Below, in pieces: positions 40,300 to 53,562 of a stretch of DNA of 64,000 bases. The stretch is from Mytilus trossulus (Eukaryota). Under the pieces are notes generated by a model. The model did not search any database, had not been told where the DNA came from, and saw nothing but the letters and a program-made list of their open reading frames with translations. The translations under genes were made by a program, and so were the position numbers. Positions within the stretch are counted from its first letter, which is position 1. Each line of letters begins with the position of its first letter. The stretch lies in the NCBI RefSeq assembly GCF_036588685.1, contig NC_086375.1:58342001-58406000 (forward strand). Reading direction: 5' to 3'.

Positions 40300-41335
40300 T
40301 TTTTAGCTCACCTGGCCCGAAGAGCCAAGTGAGCTTTTCTCACCACTTGGCGTCTGTCGTCCGTCGTCCGTCGTCGTCGTCGTTATCTTTTTACATTTTG
40401 AACTTCTTCTAGAGAACCACTGAATGGAATGAACCCAAACATGGCATGCATGTTCCTTATGAGGTGCCGAACAAGTGTTTTTACTTTGTAGCTGATTCAT
40501 CATCCAAGATGACCGCCAGCTGGGGACTTAGTTTAACATAGGACCCTATGGGAAATGCATACACAAGACTTCTCTTAGAGAACCACTGAATGGAATGAAA
40601 CCAAACATGGCACGAATGTTCCTTATGAGGTGCTGACTAAGTGTTGTTACTTTGTATCCGATCCATCATCCAAGATGGCCACCTGCGGGGGACTTAGTTT
40701 TACATAGGACCCTATGGGAAATGCATACAAATGAATTCTTTTATAGAACCACTGAATTGAATGAAACCAAACATGGCATGAATGTTCCTCATGAGGTGCT
40801 GACCAAGTGTTGTTACTTTGTAGCCGATGCATCATCCATAATGGCCGCCTGCGTGGACTTAGTTTAACATATGACCCTATGGGAAATATATGCAAGTGTC
40901 TTCTTTATAGAACCACTGAATGGAATGAAACCAAACGTTGCATGAATGTTCCTTATGAGGTGCTGACCAAGTGTTGTTACTTTGTAGCCGATCCAATATC
41001 CAAGATGGCCGCCAGCAGGGGGACTTAGTTTAACATAGGACCCTATGGGAAATGCATTCAAATGCTTCTTTTAGAGAACCACATAATGAAATAAAACAAA
41101 ACATAGCATGAATGTTCCTTATAATATGAGTTGCTGACCAAGTGTTGTTACTTTGTAGCCGATCTATCATCCAAGATGGCCGCCAGTGGGGGAACTTTTG
41201 AATGAAATCGAACATAGCCTGAATGTTACTTTCCTTATGAGGTTGTGTTGTTACTTTTAGCCAAATTTTATATTTTTTTATATGATTTAAAAACCCAAGT
41301 AGAATCAGGTGAGCGATACAGGCTCTTGAGAGCAA
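40300..41335 (+). mobile_element. Helentron-associated non-autonomous element (HINE/DINE-1/pearl-like) with ~5 internal 166-bp tandem repeats
   Basis: Subterminal inverted repeats ttagctcacctg / caggtgagcga, a (cgtc/gtc)n microsatellite, 166-bp period (40411, 40577, 40743) and a 3' hairpin ggctcttgagagc. Confidence 0.85.
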
Positions 41336-41838
41336 AAAAGGACAAAGAAGAAAAACAACGTTGCATCGTGACACTATTTTTTCAACCTGTATTCTACCTA
41401 AGGTTGATATCATAAACTTGCATTAAGTTTTGGTGTTAACGGCAAACTTTTGGCCTGTTCCATTAACATCATATTTATTTGCCCTTATGAATAAACCCTT
41501 TGAATGCAATGCTCAAAAACGTTTTAAAGCATTTTACTTTTGAATTTTTTACTCGACAACTTACTTACAACAACAACAAAAAACATAAAAAAAACCACAG
41601 GTTCGATTGAAACTTAATTTTAGAAATTATTGGACGTTTAAAATCAACATGTAACGATTGCCTATGTTATCATAAAGATACTCGTTCTCCTTTTAAAAAG
41701 AAGGGAACGTTTGATTGCCTGGCAAAATATTTTCAGTATTTTGAGAAAAAGAATTTCGTTGTTTGTTATTTCATTGTAACAAGGAGTAGCATATGACACT
41801 TTGGAAAATCGTTTTTTAAATGAATATGTTAACCTCAT

Positions 41839-41997
41839 TCATTTTCTTCTGCCTCCTCCTCCGAAATCACCAACGGCTCCTCCTCTTTCTGCACCACGAC
41901 CTCCAGGGCTGAAACTTAAACCAGTACCACGACGACCAGGTGTTGCAGATGTTATTTGTAGTATGGCAGTCAATAGAAGAAATAGAAAGTACAACAT
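41839..41997 (-). CDS. Small secreted Gly/Arg-rich peptide precursor C (52 aa) in the palindrome spacer; not in the ORF track
   Basis: Manual translation MLYFLFLLLTAILQITSA|TPGRRGTGLSFSPGGRGAERGGAVGDFGGGGRRK*. Hydrophobic signal ending TSA; acceptor aaatcag|G directly before the ATG; candidate donor ATGAG|GTTAAC 5 nt after the stop; candidate acceptor ttttgccag at 41719-41720; TATA-like TTTAAATA at 42178-42185. Confidence 0.82.
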   Translation of the reverse strand: MLYFLFLLLTAILQITSATPGRRGTGLSFSPGGRGAERGGAVGDFGGGGRRK

Positions 41998-42934
41998 CCT
42001 GATTTTAAACCTTGAAAAAATAACTCAAAATGTAACACTTTGGATTGATATTACCTAAATGAGATAATACACTTACAAAAAAAAAAAAATTTAACTCCAG
42101 TTGTCAAAACAAAGGTTCATCTGTGAACTAACCGTCATCGGAACAGATTTGTTGTCTGTGATTTTGCTTTTTTCAACTATTTAAACACCTTACAAGTGTA
42201 CACTATATGAACATTTGATAAAAGAAGGAACAATTGGTAGAGTAGCTTTTCTGTACATTACATCAAAGTTATATGATTCAATTGATGTTATACAGCGTTG
42301 AAAACACACAATTCCTTTTCGGGGTTCGTGTTGTGTGCAATCTGTAGTTTTCTATGTTCTGTTTAGAACAAAGTTGTTTGTTGTTTTGTGTCATGGTTTT
42401 GTCAGTTTATCTTCATATTTTAATTCTGAATGTCACTTTTGACCTTTCGCCTTTCTGTTGTCCTAATCTGTAGTGTTCTAAAGATTGATAAATTTATTTG
42501 AATTTGATACTTCTATATTAGAATGTAGAAAAAGTTTTTCCTTCTTGATGGTTTATGTAACAAGCAATATTTGATGAATATAATTAATCTGTAGTTAAAA
42601 AAAAAGAAGATTTTCCTTCAACATGAAAGAAAGAATTTTGTTTTCTAACTAAGTTGGTTTCGAGTTGTGTACGATTTTGGCTTAAATATTTTTGTTCAAC
42701 TAGATGTGGATGATTGTCGAGTAAAAAATTCTAAAGTAAAATGCTTTAAAACGTTTTTGAGCATTGCATTCAAAGGGTTTATTCATGAGGGAAAATAAAT
42801 ATGATGTTTATGAAAAAGGCCAAAAGTTGGCCGTTAACACCAAAACTTAATGCAAATGTATGATATCAACCTTAGGTAGAATACAGGTTGAAAAATAGTG
42901 TCACGATGCAACGTTGTTTTTTTCCTTGTTTTTT

Positions 42935-43937
42935 TTTTTAAATCATATAAAAAATATAAAATTTGGCTAAAAGTAACAACACAACCTGATAAGGAAAGGA
43001 ACATTCAGGCTATGTTTGATTTCATTCAAAAGTTCCCCCACTGGCGGCCATCTTGGATGATAGATCGGCTACAAAGTAACAACACTTAATCAGCAACTCA
43101 TATTATAAGGAACATTCATGCTATATTTTGTTTTATTCCATTCTGTGGTTCTCTAAAAGAAGTCATTTGAAAGCATTTCCCATAGGGTCCTATGTTAAAC
43201 TAAGTCCCCCTGTTGGCGGCCATCTTGGATGTTGGATCGGCTACAAAGTAACAACACTTGGTCAGCACCTCATAAGGAACATTCATGCAACGTTTGGTTT
43301 CATTCCATTCAGTGGTTCTATAAAAAATATAAAGAAGACACTTGCATATATTTCCGATAGGGTCCTATGTTAAACTAAGTCCACGCAGGCGGCCATCATG
43401 GATGATGCATCGGCTACAAAGTAACAACACTTGGTCAGCACCTCATGAGGAACATTCATGCCATGTTTGTTTTCATTCCATTTAGTGGTTCTATAAAATA
43501 ATTCATTTGTATGCATTTCCCATAGGGTCCTATGTAAAACTAAGTCCCCCGCAGGTGGCCATCTTGGATGATGGATCGGCTAAAAAGTAACAACACTTGG
43601 TCAACACCTCATAAGGATCATTCGTGCCATGTTTGGTTTCATTCCATTCAGTGGTTCTCTAAGAGAATTCATTTGTATGCATTTCTCATAGGGTCATAGG
43701 GTCCTATGTTAAACTAAGTCCCAAGCTGGCGGTCATCTTGGATGATGGATCGGCTACAAAGAAACAACACTTGTTCAGCACCTCATAAGGAACATTCATG
43801 CCATGTTTGGTTTCATTCTATTCAGTGGTTCTCTAGAAGAGGTTCAAAATGTAAAAAGTTAACGACGACGACGACGGACGACAGACGCCAAGTGGTGAAA
43901 AAAGCTCACTTGGCTCTTCGGGCCAGGTGAGCTAAAA
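42935..43937 (-). mobile_element. Mirror copy of the HINE-like element, lacking the 3' hairpin end
   Basis: Reverse complement of 40300-41290; ends caggtgagctaaaa at ~43937. Confidence 0.85.
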
Positions 43938-44649
43938 AGGAAATGTGTGAATATATTAGATATTAAATCATAATATTTTTGGCTTTGGAATATTTGATTT
44001 ATGTTTGTAGTTTACATGTACATTCGTTAAACTTATCAACTGGCGAAAACCAAAGATATCACATTTTTCTTTTCTTTTCAGACGTAAGAAGAACCTAATG
44101 ACTGGGTTTTTTTCTTCTAGCGCTTTGATGGTTTTAATTCGATGAGTTTATGAAGTATTAAATCCTTAACTAACTGTCAATCACTAATTGTATTATATTT
44201 GTAAAAAAAAATTATAACCATAAAGGTATTTGAAATAAGAAATGGGATAATGCCAATCAGACAGCAATTGAAAGATATCAATATTGATTCACTCATAGAG
44301 CTTTGAATCGCAAATAAACACAATTATTCTAAAAACCAGTTTTTGGTGTAATACGGGCCATGTTCTTCTCATATATTTTAAGATGGTGTGATACTAAACC
44401 TCTAACGGGAGTGATTGGGTCGCAACCATTGTAAGCATGCTTATATTTGTAGTACTTAACTTTATGCCGATTTTTGACTCCAGCTCACAGCCATAATAAT
44501 ATGCTCATAGTACTTAACCTTATGCTCAGGCCTTGTGGTCATCAAACTTTTGAGTCAGTTTTTGTACTCATTTTTAAAAATCAACCAATCAAAATGCTGG
44601 ATTTCATGTTTCGAGCATGCGTTTAGTGCTTCAAGCACTGGGCAAAGTT

Positions 44650-45720
44650 CAGCCGCTTAAGACTCCAGATCGCAGTCATTGTAAACATGCACATAGTACC
44701 TGACCTACTGATATGAAGTCATGCCGCTCTAAAACTCCAGCTCGCAGTGATTATAAACAAGCTAATAGTACCTCACCTAACAATATGGTGTTATGGCGCT
44801 CTATACTCAACCTCGCAACCGCCATTGTAAACATGCACATAGTACCTGACCTACTGATATGAAGTCAGTTCACTCTAGAATCCAGCTCGCAGTCATTACA
44901 AATATGCTCCTAGTACCTGACCTACTGATATGAAATTATTCAGCTCTAGACTCAATCGCGCAGTCAATGTTAATATGCCCCTAATACATGACCTACTGGT
45001 ATAAAGTCATTTCTTTTTAGACTCTATCTTGCAGTCATTGTTAACATGCCCCTAATACATGACCTACTGATATGAAGTCATGCCGCTCTAGACTCCAGCT
45101 CGAAGTCATTGTAAACATGTACATAGTACCTTACGTACTGATATGAAGTCATTTCACTCTAGACTCCATCTTGCAGTGATTGTTAACATGCTCCTAGTAC
45201 CTGACTTACTTTATAAATAATCGATTTGAGCGTCACTAATAAGTCTTATGTAGACGAAACGCGCGCCTGGCGTTCTAAATTATAATCCTGGTAAGCTTGA
45301 TAACTATTACTGATATGAAATTATGCCACTCTAGATTCCAGCTGGAAGTCATTGTAAACATGCAAAAAGTACATGACCTACTGCTTTGAAGTCATGCCGC
45401 TGTAGACTCCATGTTGCAGTCATCGTTAACATGCTTCTAGTACCTGACTAACTGATACGAAATCATGCTGCTCTAAATTCAATCTTGCAGTCATTGTTTA
45501 ATAAAAGCAACAGTAGTATACCGCTGTTCAAAACTCATAAATCCATAGAGAATTAACAAAATCGGGGTAACCAATTAAAACCGTTAACATGTCCCTAGTA
45601 CCTGATCTACTGATATGAAGTCTTTTTACACTAGACACCATTTCGCAGGCATTGTTAACATACTCATAGTACCTAACCTACTGATATGAAGTCATGCCGC
45701 TCTAGACTTAAGCTCGCAGC
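44650..45720 (-). repeat. Mirror copy of the 71-bp array with two extra units
   Basis: Reverse-complement units with the same interrupting insertions; extra ~146 bp at ~44720-44865. Confidence 0.9.
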
Positions 45721-48659
45721 AAGTATAAATAAAGGCAACAGTAAGATGATTCTGCTGACACCTGATAAAATCGGTGACAACACCCGATTGGCACCTTTTT
45801 ATCCTTGGCGACGTGTCATCTAGTATAGTATGTTTTACTACAAATCACGATCATAGTCCATAACCTTCTGATATAGAGTAAGCCGCTCTCTACGCCAACA
45901 AGGATGGATGTCATTTATCGGATTGCATACAAAAAAAGCATAGAGGGAAATCTCTCAGTATATATTTTTTCATAGATACATTTGCATCAATCAATAAGGT
46001 CGAGAAATTGTCTTAATAATCAGAGCAAGTTCATCGAATAAACTCAATGACATCATAGATACCACAAATAAATGTGTCTACGCCAGACGCTAATGGAAGA
46101 ACCGCAATGATTAAAATAAAATACACCGAAAGTGGTTTCATCGAAACGCTGGACGTTTTGATCGACAACATATTCATTGAACTTGATGGATTTGGGCAAT
46201 CGGTATTCAAATTCATTACTTATTGTGCACTTTTTATGGCCGACTTGACTTGTACTTTTTTTTTTAATTTCAATATCAATTGCTTTGAGGTTGTCCTCTT
46301 ACTAAAATAAGAAAACAAAACCTTTGTGTAAGCACACTAACATACCACATCCCCCCGTTATCACTGGACAAACAAATAAACAGATTTCTAATTTCTAATT
46401 CAAAGACTTATAACTCATAAAAATATGATAGAATTTTCCTTTAGATATGCACATCTACATATAGTGTCCTCACTAACTACAAAGTGTTGTAAAATTCTGT
46501 TTTGTGGGGTGGCAGTGACAAACTGTTGCGGTGGTATTTAGGCCAAAATTCTAAGGGGGCGTATATTTTAGATTAAATATTTAATCATTATTTTTGTCGA
46601 TATGCACATCTACATATGTCCTTATCATCTGCATATACAAATATTCATGAAATGCTATTGTGTGGTTTCAATTGAGTTTTGAAGGCAAGATCATGTCTGA
46701 CAGACTGACGGACAGATCAAAAACGTTATAAAGAATGCAACTGTGTTGAATTGGGTGTAACAACCAATATTTCAGTGAGTGCTTGCATCTTATAGTTATC
46801 AAAGGTGTCAGGCTTATAATTTAAAACTCCAGACACGTGTTTCGTCTTCATAAAATTCAACAGTGATGTTCCGATCAAAAAAATTATAAAGCCAAACAAG
46901 TACAAAGCCCAGGAGCATTAAGGACCCAGAATTCCAAAACGTTTTACTCAGTGAACTTGGGATTAAAGATACTTAATGTATAACAAAAATGCTGAATGCA
47001 AAATCTGTAATTCTTGTGCTATTTTCACATTTCTTGATCGGTGTGAGAAAAATATTTCTCCTCACTAGTGAAAATCTGTTAGCGGCAAATGATTGGTCGA
47101 AATTTGATTGTGACGTTAAATGTTCTTTGTTTCTTTTGAATTTTCCTATTGTGCATCATGAAAAAAGGCGACAATGCCTGATGACGTAACATAAAAACAC
47201 ACAAATTTCTTCAAATCTTTGAAAAGAAACAGTTAAATTTAACTAATTTAAAAAGCTTGGCAATCCAAATACTAAAATTTAACTGTCTCGAGAGGAGAAA
47301 TATCGTTACACACTGGTTGCAGTTGTGAAATCTATATTTCCAATGGTTAATGTCATATTTCTGAGCTGTACCATACTAACTGCCCGTCGTACGGCGTTTA
47401 CATATATCAATTAAAACGTTATCAAAGTTCGTTTCTTAAATCACTGGCGTCACGCTATCGCACGGTTTTTCGTTCATTTTTTTGCACATAAATCAGGCTG
47501 TTAGATTTCTCATTTGAATTGGTTTTCCGTTGTCATTTCGGGGCCTTTTATAGCTGACAATGCGGTATGGCTTTGCTCATTGTTGAAAGCCGTACGGTGA
47601 ACTATAGTTGTTAATTTCTGTGTCATATGGTCTCTTGTGAAGAGTTGTCTCATTGAAAAATCATACCACATCTCCTTTTTTATATTTGATTTGTTAATTG
47701 GATACTAGAAAAATTGTCTAATCCGTATGAATTAACTGTTTACAAACCACGGATTAGATTACTAAAGATGTATTTAGCAAAACCTTTTTGGAATTTCGGG
47801 TCCTCAATGCTCTATATGTAAGTACTTTATTTAGTTTTTAATACTTTTTTATTCGAGAGTCAATCCAGATTTCCATTTATTTACTGGTTGTGACATTTTG
47901 ACATGATGCATCACGGAATGCATGAGACGCGTTTCCTGACAACACACCCGGTCTTGTCGCTGATGAAGTAAACGTAATTTCCTCATTTAATGTTTGCTAC
48001 TTGATTTGTCTTCTTAATCGATTGAGATTTAAACATCGGTAAACAACTGCTGCCTACATTTACTATCTATCTACATGAATATATATTATGGAAGTGTATA
48101 GTCACAAGAAGAATTATAACAAGTTTATACTTAATCGAGTAGCATTTATGGTAAACATGGGGATATTTCATACTGTTAAAAAACCCAGCTATAGATGAAA
48201 TGCGCGATGAAACTGTTCACTTAATGCAATAGGTAGCTTTATGGTAAACTTAGGAAGACGTATTATATTGTTTATAAATGAACATCTACAGACTTAAGGA
48301 TTAATGGTACTGTTTCCTTTAATGCAACTGGCAGCATATATTGTAAACCTGTGGACGCGTAGATAAATAGCTAGCAATTAAAAGATGAGGATTTACTAAA
48401 CGTAACTGGTATTACAATTGTAAACATGGGAACGCTTAAAAATTTAGATATATAGCTAGAGATTACGGGAACGACGAGTTTGTTTACCAAATTCAATAGG
48501 TAGCATACATAGTAAACACGAGGACGCTTCATACTGGTGATAACAACTCATCAAATATATCAGAATATCTTGTACTAGATGTATAAATACAATCATAGTA
48601 CTCAATACAAATGTTTATAATAAATGGATGATATATGATAAATGATATTCTTCATAATA

Positions 48660-49680
48660 GTTTCACCAGTTGAAAACTCTTTTGTAAATGCATCAAACAG
48701 ACAATTTTCATAGGACCGCAGCTCTAAAAACGATCTCGCGAACTGATTTTATTCTTATTATCTTAATCATACACAAGAAAATGGAAGTTGTATATATGAA
48801 AAAAGAAAAAAAATACCTTACACCTATGAAGTACAACAAATTAGGTTTGAAATGAATTACACATAACCTCGTGTCAGCGTCTGAAAGCAACTTGTCAATG
48901 TCAACCTTACGTTGAAAATGTTATGAATGTAATGCCTGTGAGATGAAACATCACGTGTCACCCCAACGCTTAATTCACTGTTTTCAATGGGATACTAGTA
49001 GTTGATTGGATGAAAGTTATAGTTTGTCACGCCTTCATCAAGTATCGTCCTATCAACGTTTGTCAACGTAACACTAAAAACGATTATACACATAATTTAC
49101 TACATATCCTCTATAACAAAATTAAATAATGAAAGACAACTAAATAATATGTTTTTTAATGATATTTCAAGTACATGAGCCATGCAAGATAAGGATATAT
49201 GTTATAACAGTATGATATTTTTTCACAAACCGTTTCATTCTTTTTATCGACAAAACACATATCGTTGTAATCAGAAACCAATTTCCTTTTGTTAAATTTC
49301 ATGATTCGGAGTTCCATCAGACACTTGTAAAACAAGAAGATAAAAAAGCTAGATTATTTAAATTCACATTCAGGTATATTGATGATGTTCTTTCCCTTAG
49401 CCATTAATATATCTTACTGAACTCGAGATTTACGAAACGACATTCACAGCTTCATTTCTAAACATTAACCTCGAATTTGACAACAACGGTCATCTCGGTA
49501 CTATTATCTATGACAAACGAGACGATATCAATTTTGCAAGTTTTAGTTTGCTCACCTTAGCATCAATATGCTTACTTCACTGGCGTATGACGTATACAAT
49601 TTTCAATTCATACGATATTCTAAAGATTGCAGCTGCTACTCAGACCTTGTAAAACGTCATCGGTGTCTCAAATTTTCGTA
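48660..49680 (+). mobile_element. Mirror copy of the decayed Penelope-like RT
   Basis: ttcaggtatattgatgatgttctttcc (FRYIDDVLS) at ~49369; reverse complement of 35290-36330. Confidence 0.75.
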
Positions 49681-52600
49681 TTGACGAACAGTGATACCGA
49701 TATTTTTTTTTTGTTCATGATTGATTTGGATGCAACATATATGTCATGGTTCGAAATCTTCTTGACAGTCCGTGCAATGGGCGAAAAAAAATATGGAAAG
49801 ATTTAATTTTTAGATCAATGAACATGAGGGTAATAGCTTAATGTCACCGTGCAAACTTCAATAATGATAAAAGCAGTTTCTTTTTTTCTCTTTTTTTAGT
49901 TTTCGGTTCATCCTACGACGTGACGATCTTACCACATTCATCTTCAAAACCCATTATTAAAAGGTCACATTTTAAATACAATTACAAACAAATTAAAAAT
50001 AAAAGTTATCATTCAAAGTGATATTATTGGACGTTTTCATCATTTTGTTTTTAATCTTGAAGAAAAAAGGGAAAAGTAGATAAGAATGATTTTGTTGACA
50101 TTGACTTAACTGTTCTAAATCGACATGTCCTCTGTTGTATAGTAAAAAAAGAACGCGACCGAGTGATCATTGTTTTCTTTCTATCAATAATCAACAGGCA
50201 TTAAGTACTAGATGTAACATGATTGTCATTGAGGTAACTATTTACCAGAGACCAAATTTGTAGATATATAGGTCACCATAAGACAGTCAACAATGAGCAA
50301 AACCATACAAAATATTAATATGTAAGGACCAAACATGACAAAATGTATCAAACGAGAAAACCAACCGTCCCATGTTGGTGCAAAAAACGACACCCACTGG
50401 ATAACAGGCTCCTTACTTGGCTTTATTGTGAGTGGTTGCTGGTGACCATCCTCCCTAAACATGTGTCAGTGATGTAACAGGATAAGAAAAAAGGCTATTA
50501 AAATCAATCAAAGAGGGTTTGACTCATCAGATCGATACAAAGAAAAACAATAACTAACAAAACACCAAAGTTAGACAGTACCAATCTGAAAGTAGTCGCA
50601 GTTACATAAACTTGTTAACAGCCTAAATAACTTTAATATATTAAGATGTTTTACTAGAAATAAAAATCCATTGTTGATTTCGAATTTTCGATTTTCAACA
50701 ATGAGCAAAACCATACAAAATAGTAATATGTAAGGACCAAACATGACAACGAGAAAACCAACCGTCCCATGTTGGTGCAAAAAACGACACCCACTGGATA
50801 ACAAAATGATGTATATCGCTTTCATATTCATTTGTTAAAATTTACTGGTTGCAATAGCATTAAGTGTTCTATATTATAAGGATGTTCTTATCCCGTGCAT
50901 AAAAACAATGCCGTGTTTGTCATAACCTTTTCAACTTTTGATCTTCAGTGCTGTACAACTTTGTACCGTTTTCACGTTCGATCTTTTATATCTAGGCGTT
51001 ATGTATTCAGGTTTAGTTTTCTGTAATTTTTATACTTCAGTTTCTTTATGTATATCTCTTTCATATTCATTTGATAAAATTTACTGTTTGCAATAGCATG
51101 AATTGTTCTATATAATAAGAATGTTCTTATCCCGGGCATAAAAACAATGTCGTATTTGGCGAAACCTTTTCAACTTTTGATCTTCAGTGCTGTACAACTT
51201 TGTACTTTTTTCACTTTCGATCTTTTATATCTGGGCGTCACTGTGGACCAGGCGCGTTTTTGGCGTATTGAATTTTAAACCTGATGCTTTTTGTCATCTA
51301 TTAATCATGTTTTTCTTTGTCTAATATGTTCTCCTATTTATTTGTATTGTAGTCCTGTAATATTATGTTGTCATTTCAATATTATATTTAACTTTGCCAT
51401 TAAAGTGCGAGGTTTGGCATGCCATAAAACCAGGTTTAACCCACCACTTTTATTCCCCTTTAAAAGTGTCCTGTACCAAGTCAGGAAGATGGTCATTGTT
51501 ATATTGTTGTTCGTTTCTCTGTGTGTTGCATTTTAACGTTGAGTCGTTTGTGTTTTCTCTTATTTTTGAGATATTGAGATAAGACGTGGCACGGTACTTG
51601 TCTATCCCAAATTCTTGTATTTGGTTTTCATGTTATATTTGTTATTCTCGTGGTGTTTTGTCTAATGATTGGTCAGTTTCTGTGTGTGTTGCGTTTCGGT
51701 GTTGTGTCGTTGTTCTCCTCTTATATTTAATGCGTTTCGCTCGGTTTTGGTTTGTTACCCCGATTTTGTTTTTTGTCCATGGATTTATGAGTTTTGAACA
51801 GCGGTATACTACTGTTGCCTTTATTTACCAATCTGAAAGTAGTCGCAGTTACTTAAACTTGTTAACAGCCTAAATAACTTTAATATATTTAGATGTTTTA
51901 CTAGAAATAAAAATCCATTGTTGATTTCGACCGGTTGCTTTGTTACCACGTGCACTGTCACGCTTGAGAGTACAAATTTCATAAGTCAAATAACAACGCC
52001 ATGACTAAACAAGAACTATCTTTAAAAAAAGATATCCGACGTATTAAAATTTGAGTATATGCTTACAACTATCATTTCGATAACCTTTAGAAGCACAATG
52101 ACTTAATGATGCAGGACCTCTTTAATAAAATCTCCATCTGAATGTAACTACAAGAAATTCATTACTAAGTCTGATTATATTAAGGCAATAATATATAAAA
52201 AATATTGTGATGACACCTACAAATTTTATTTGTCAAAAAATCCAGTACAAATAACAAGAAACAAATATACATTGATTACTGTTTACATTAAACTTAATTC
52301 ATGGTTAACAAAGCTAGAAACTATTGGTAGTAGTATCTTTCTGTTTACATTCGCCAAAACCCCGCGGAAATCTCATATGCATAGGTGCGTTCTAAAAGTC
52401 ATGTACGTTTGAACAACAAAGTTTACATTTAAAATTATAACATTGTCCCGAATAAATAGCTGTCATGGATGCAAAGAGCTATTGGAGAAACAATTAGTTT
52501 AGTAAAAATACAATTCTTTGTAAGATCTAGTTCAAATATTTATAGTTTTTCACTTGCTTTCCATCATGATATAATTTTCGAGACGTTTTTTCAAACACAA

Positions 52601-53562
52601 CCAAATCACCCACCATGACAGCATTTTGTCCAATCACAGAAAGGATTTTCGAGCATGCGTATTCTGTTGCCATAGTCAAGCGTCCTCAAGTTCAAAGGGC
52701 ACACACCGAACTATACCGACTACGTCGGAAAAAGGACTAAAAGACAAATGAAATAACAGTTTACAAAACACAGCATGGAAAGCTATGGACTAATCAACAC
52801 AAACCGCATTAATTACCGGAAGTGATCTCGAGAGCTGGGGTAGGGTTAGCTGATTCCGTTCCATCGAATGTGAAAATTTAAACAAGAAACATCTTTTACA
52901 AGACAAAGGATCAACAAGACTGGCTTTATAATTGGAATTAATATAGCTGAAATCTTTCCTACAGGCAAAATGAAAACAAAGACCTCTTGCATATTTGGCC
53001 CTCAATTCTCTTCAAAATTGTACTTATTTTGGCCTTTTTAACATTTGTTAATTCGAGCGTCTCTTATGAGTCTTTTGTAAAACAATTACCTCAGGTCGAC
53101 ATCCACTAAAATACAGGCTACTGACTGTTGACAGACATTTAGAATATTGTCTGTTTGTGAACGTTAAACCATCCTCCTAAAAACGCTAGACCTTGTGATC
53201 GACATATACACATTTACTGAATTTGACAATTCAACAAAACGTCGGTACTATAGTGGATACTAACAGTGCACACTTACAAACTGTTTAGTACTTAAAGTTA
53301 TTTGAATCGGAATTCATACAGTTGAATAAATCTTTTCCTTAAGGCAAATAAAAAAAAACACTTTTGCAAAGTTCCATATCAGATATAATGTATAAAGATG
53401 AGGCTGATGGGCAAAATGACAGTGCAATTGAAACCTTCAAGAAGTTATTTTAACAAGTATTTTAAGACTTCAGTTAGCCTCGGAAAAACCAAATCACAAA
53501 TACGATATGAAAGTATCGATTTCTTTGATAATTTAAATATTCCAGTCTATCAACGTAGCATG

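Larger units (their letters stand above)
26829..41559 (+). repeat. Left arm (~14.7 kb) of a giant inverted duplication
   Basis: Collinear reverse-complement match to 42714-61237, e.g. mirrored ORF pairs 27481/60567, 27747/60303, 31635/55049, 37729/46989. Inner end ttttactcgacaa at 41559 vs ttgtcgagtaaaa at 42714; outer end ttaatatcggattttaagagatg at 26829 vs catctctgaaaatcctatattaa at 61237. Confidence 0.97.

Noticed and set aside
41801-42058. Plus-strand Pro-rich 85-aa ORF (PPPPKSPTAPP...)
   Set aside because: Antisense shadow of the Gly codons of gene C; it has a non-ATG start and no signal peptide or splice support.
40303-43930. Multiple 60-130 aa ORFs within the 166-bp repeats
   Set aside because: Chance frames in tandem non-coding repeats of a non-autonomous element.
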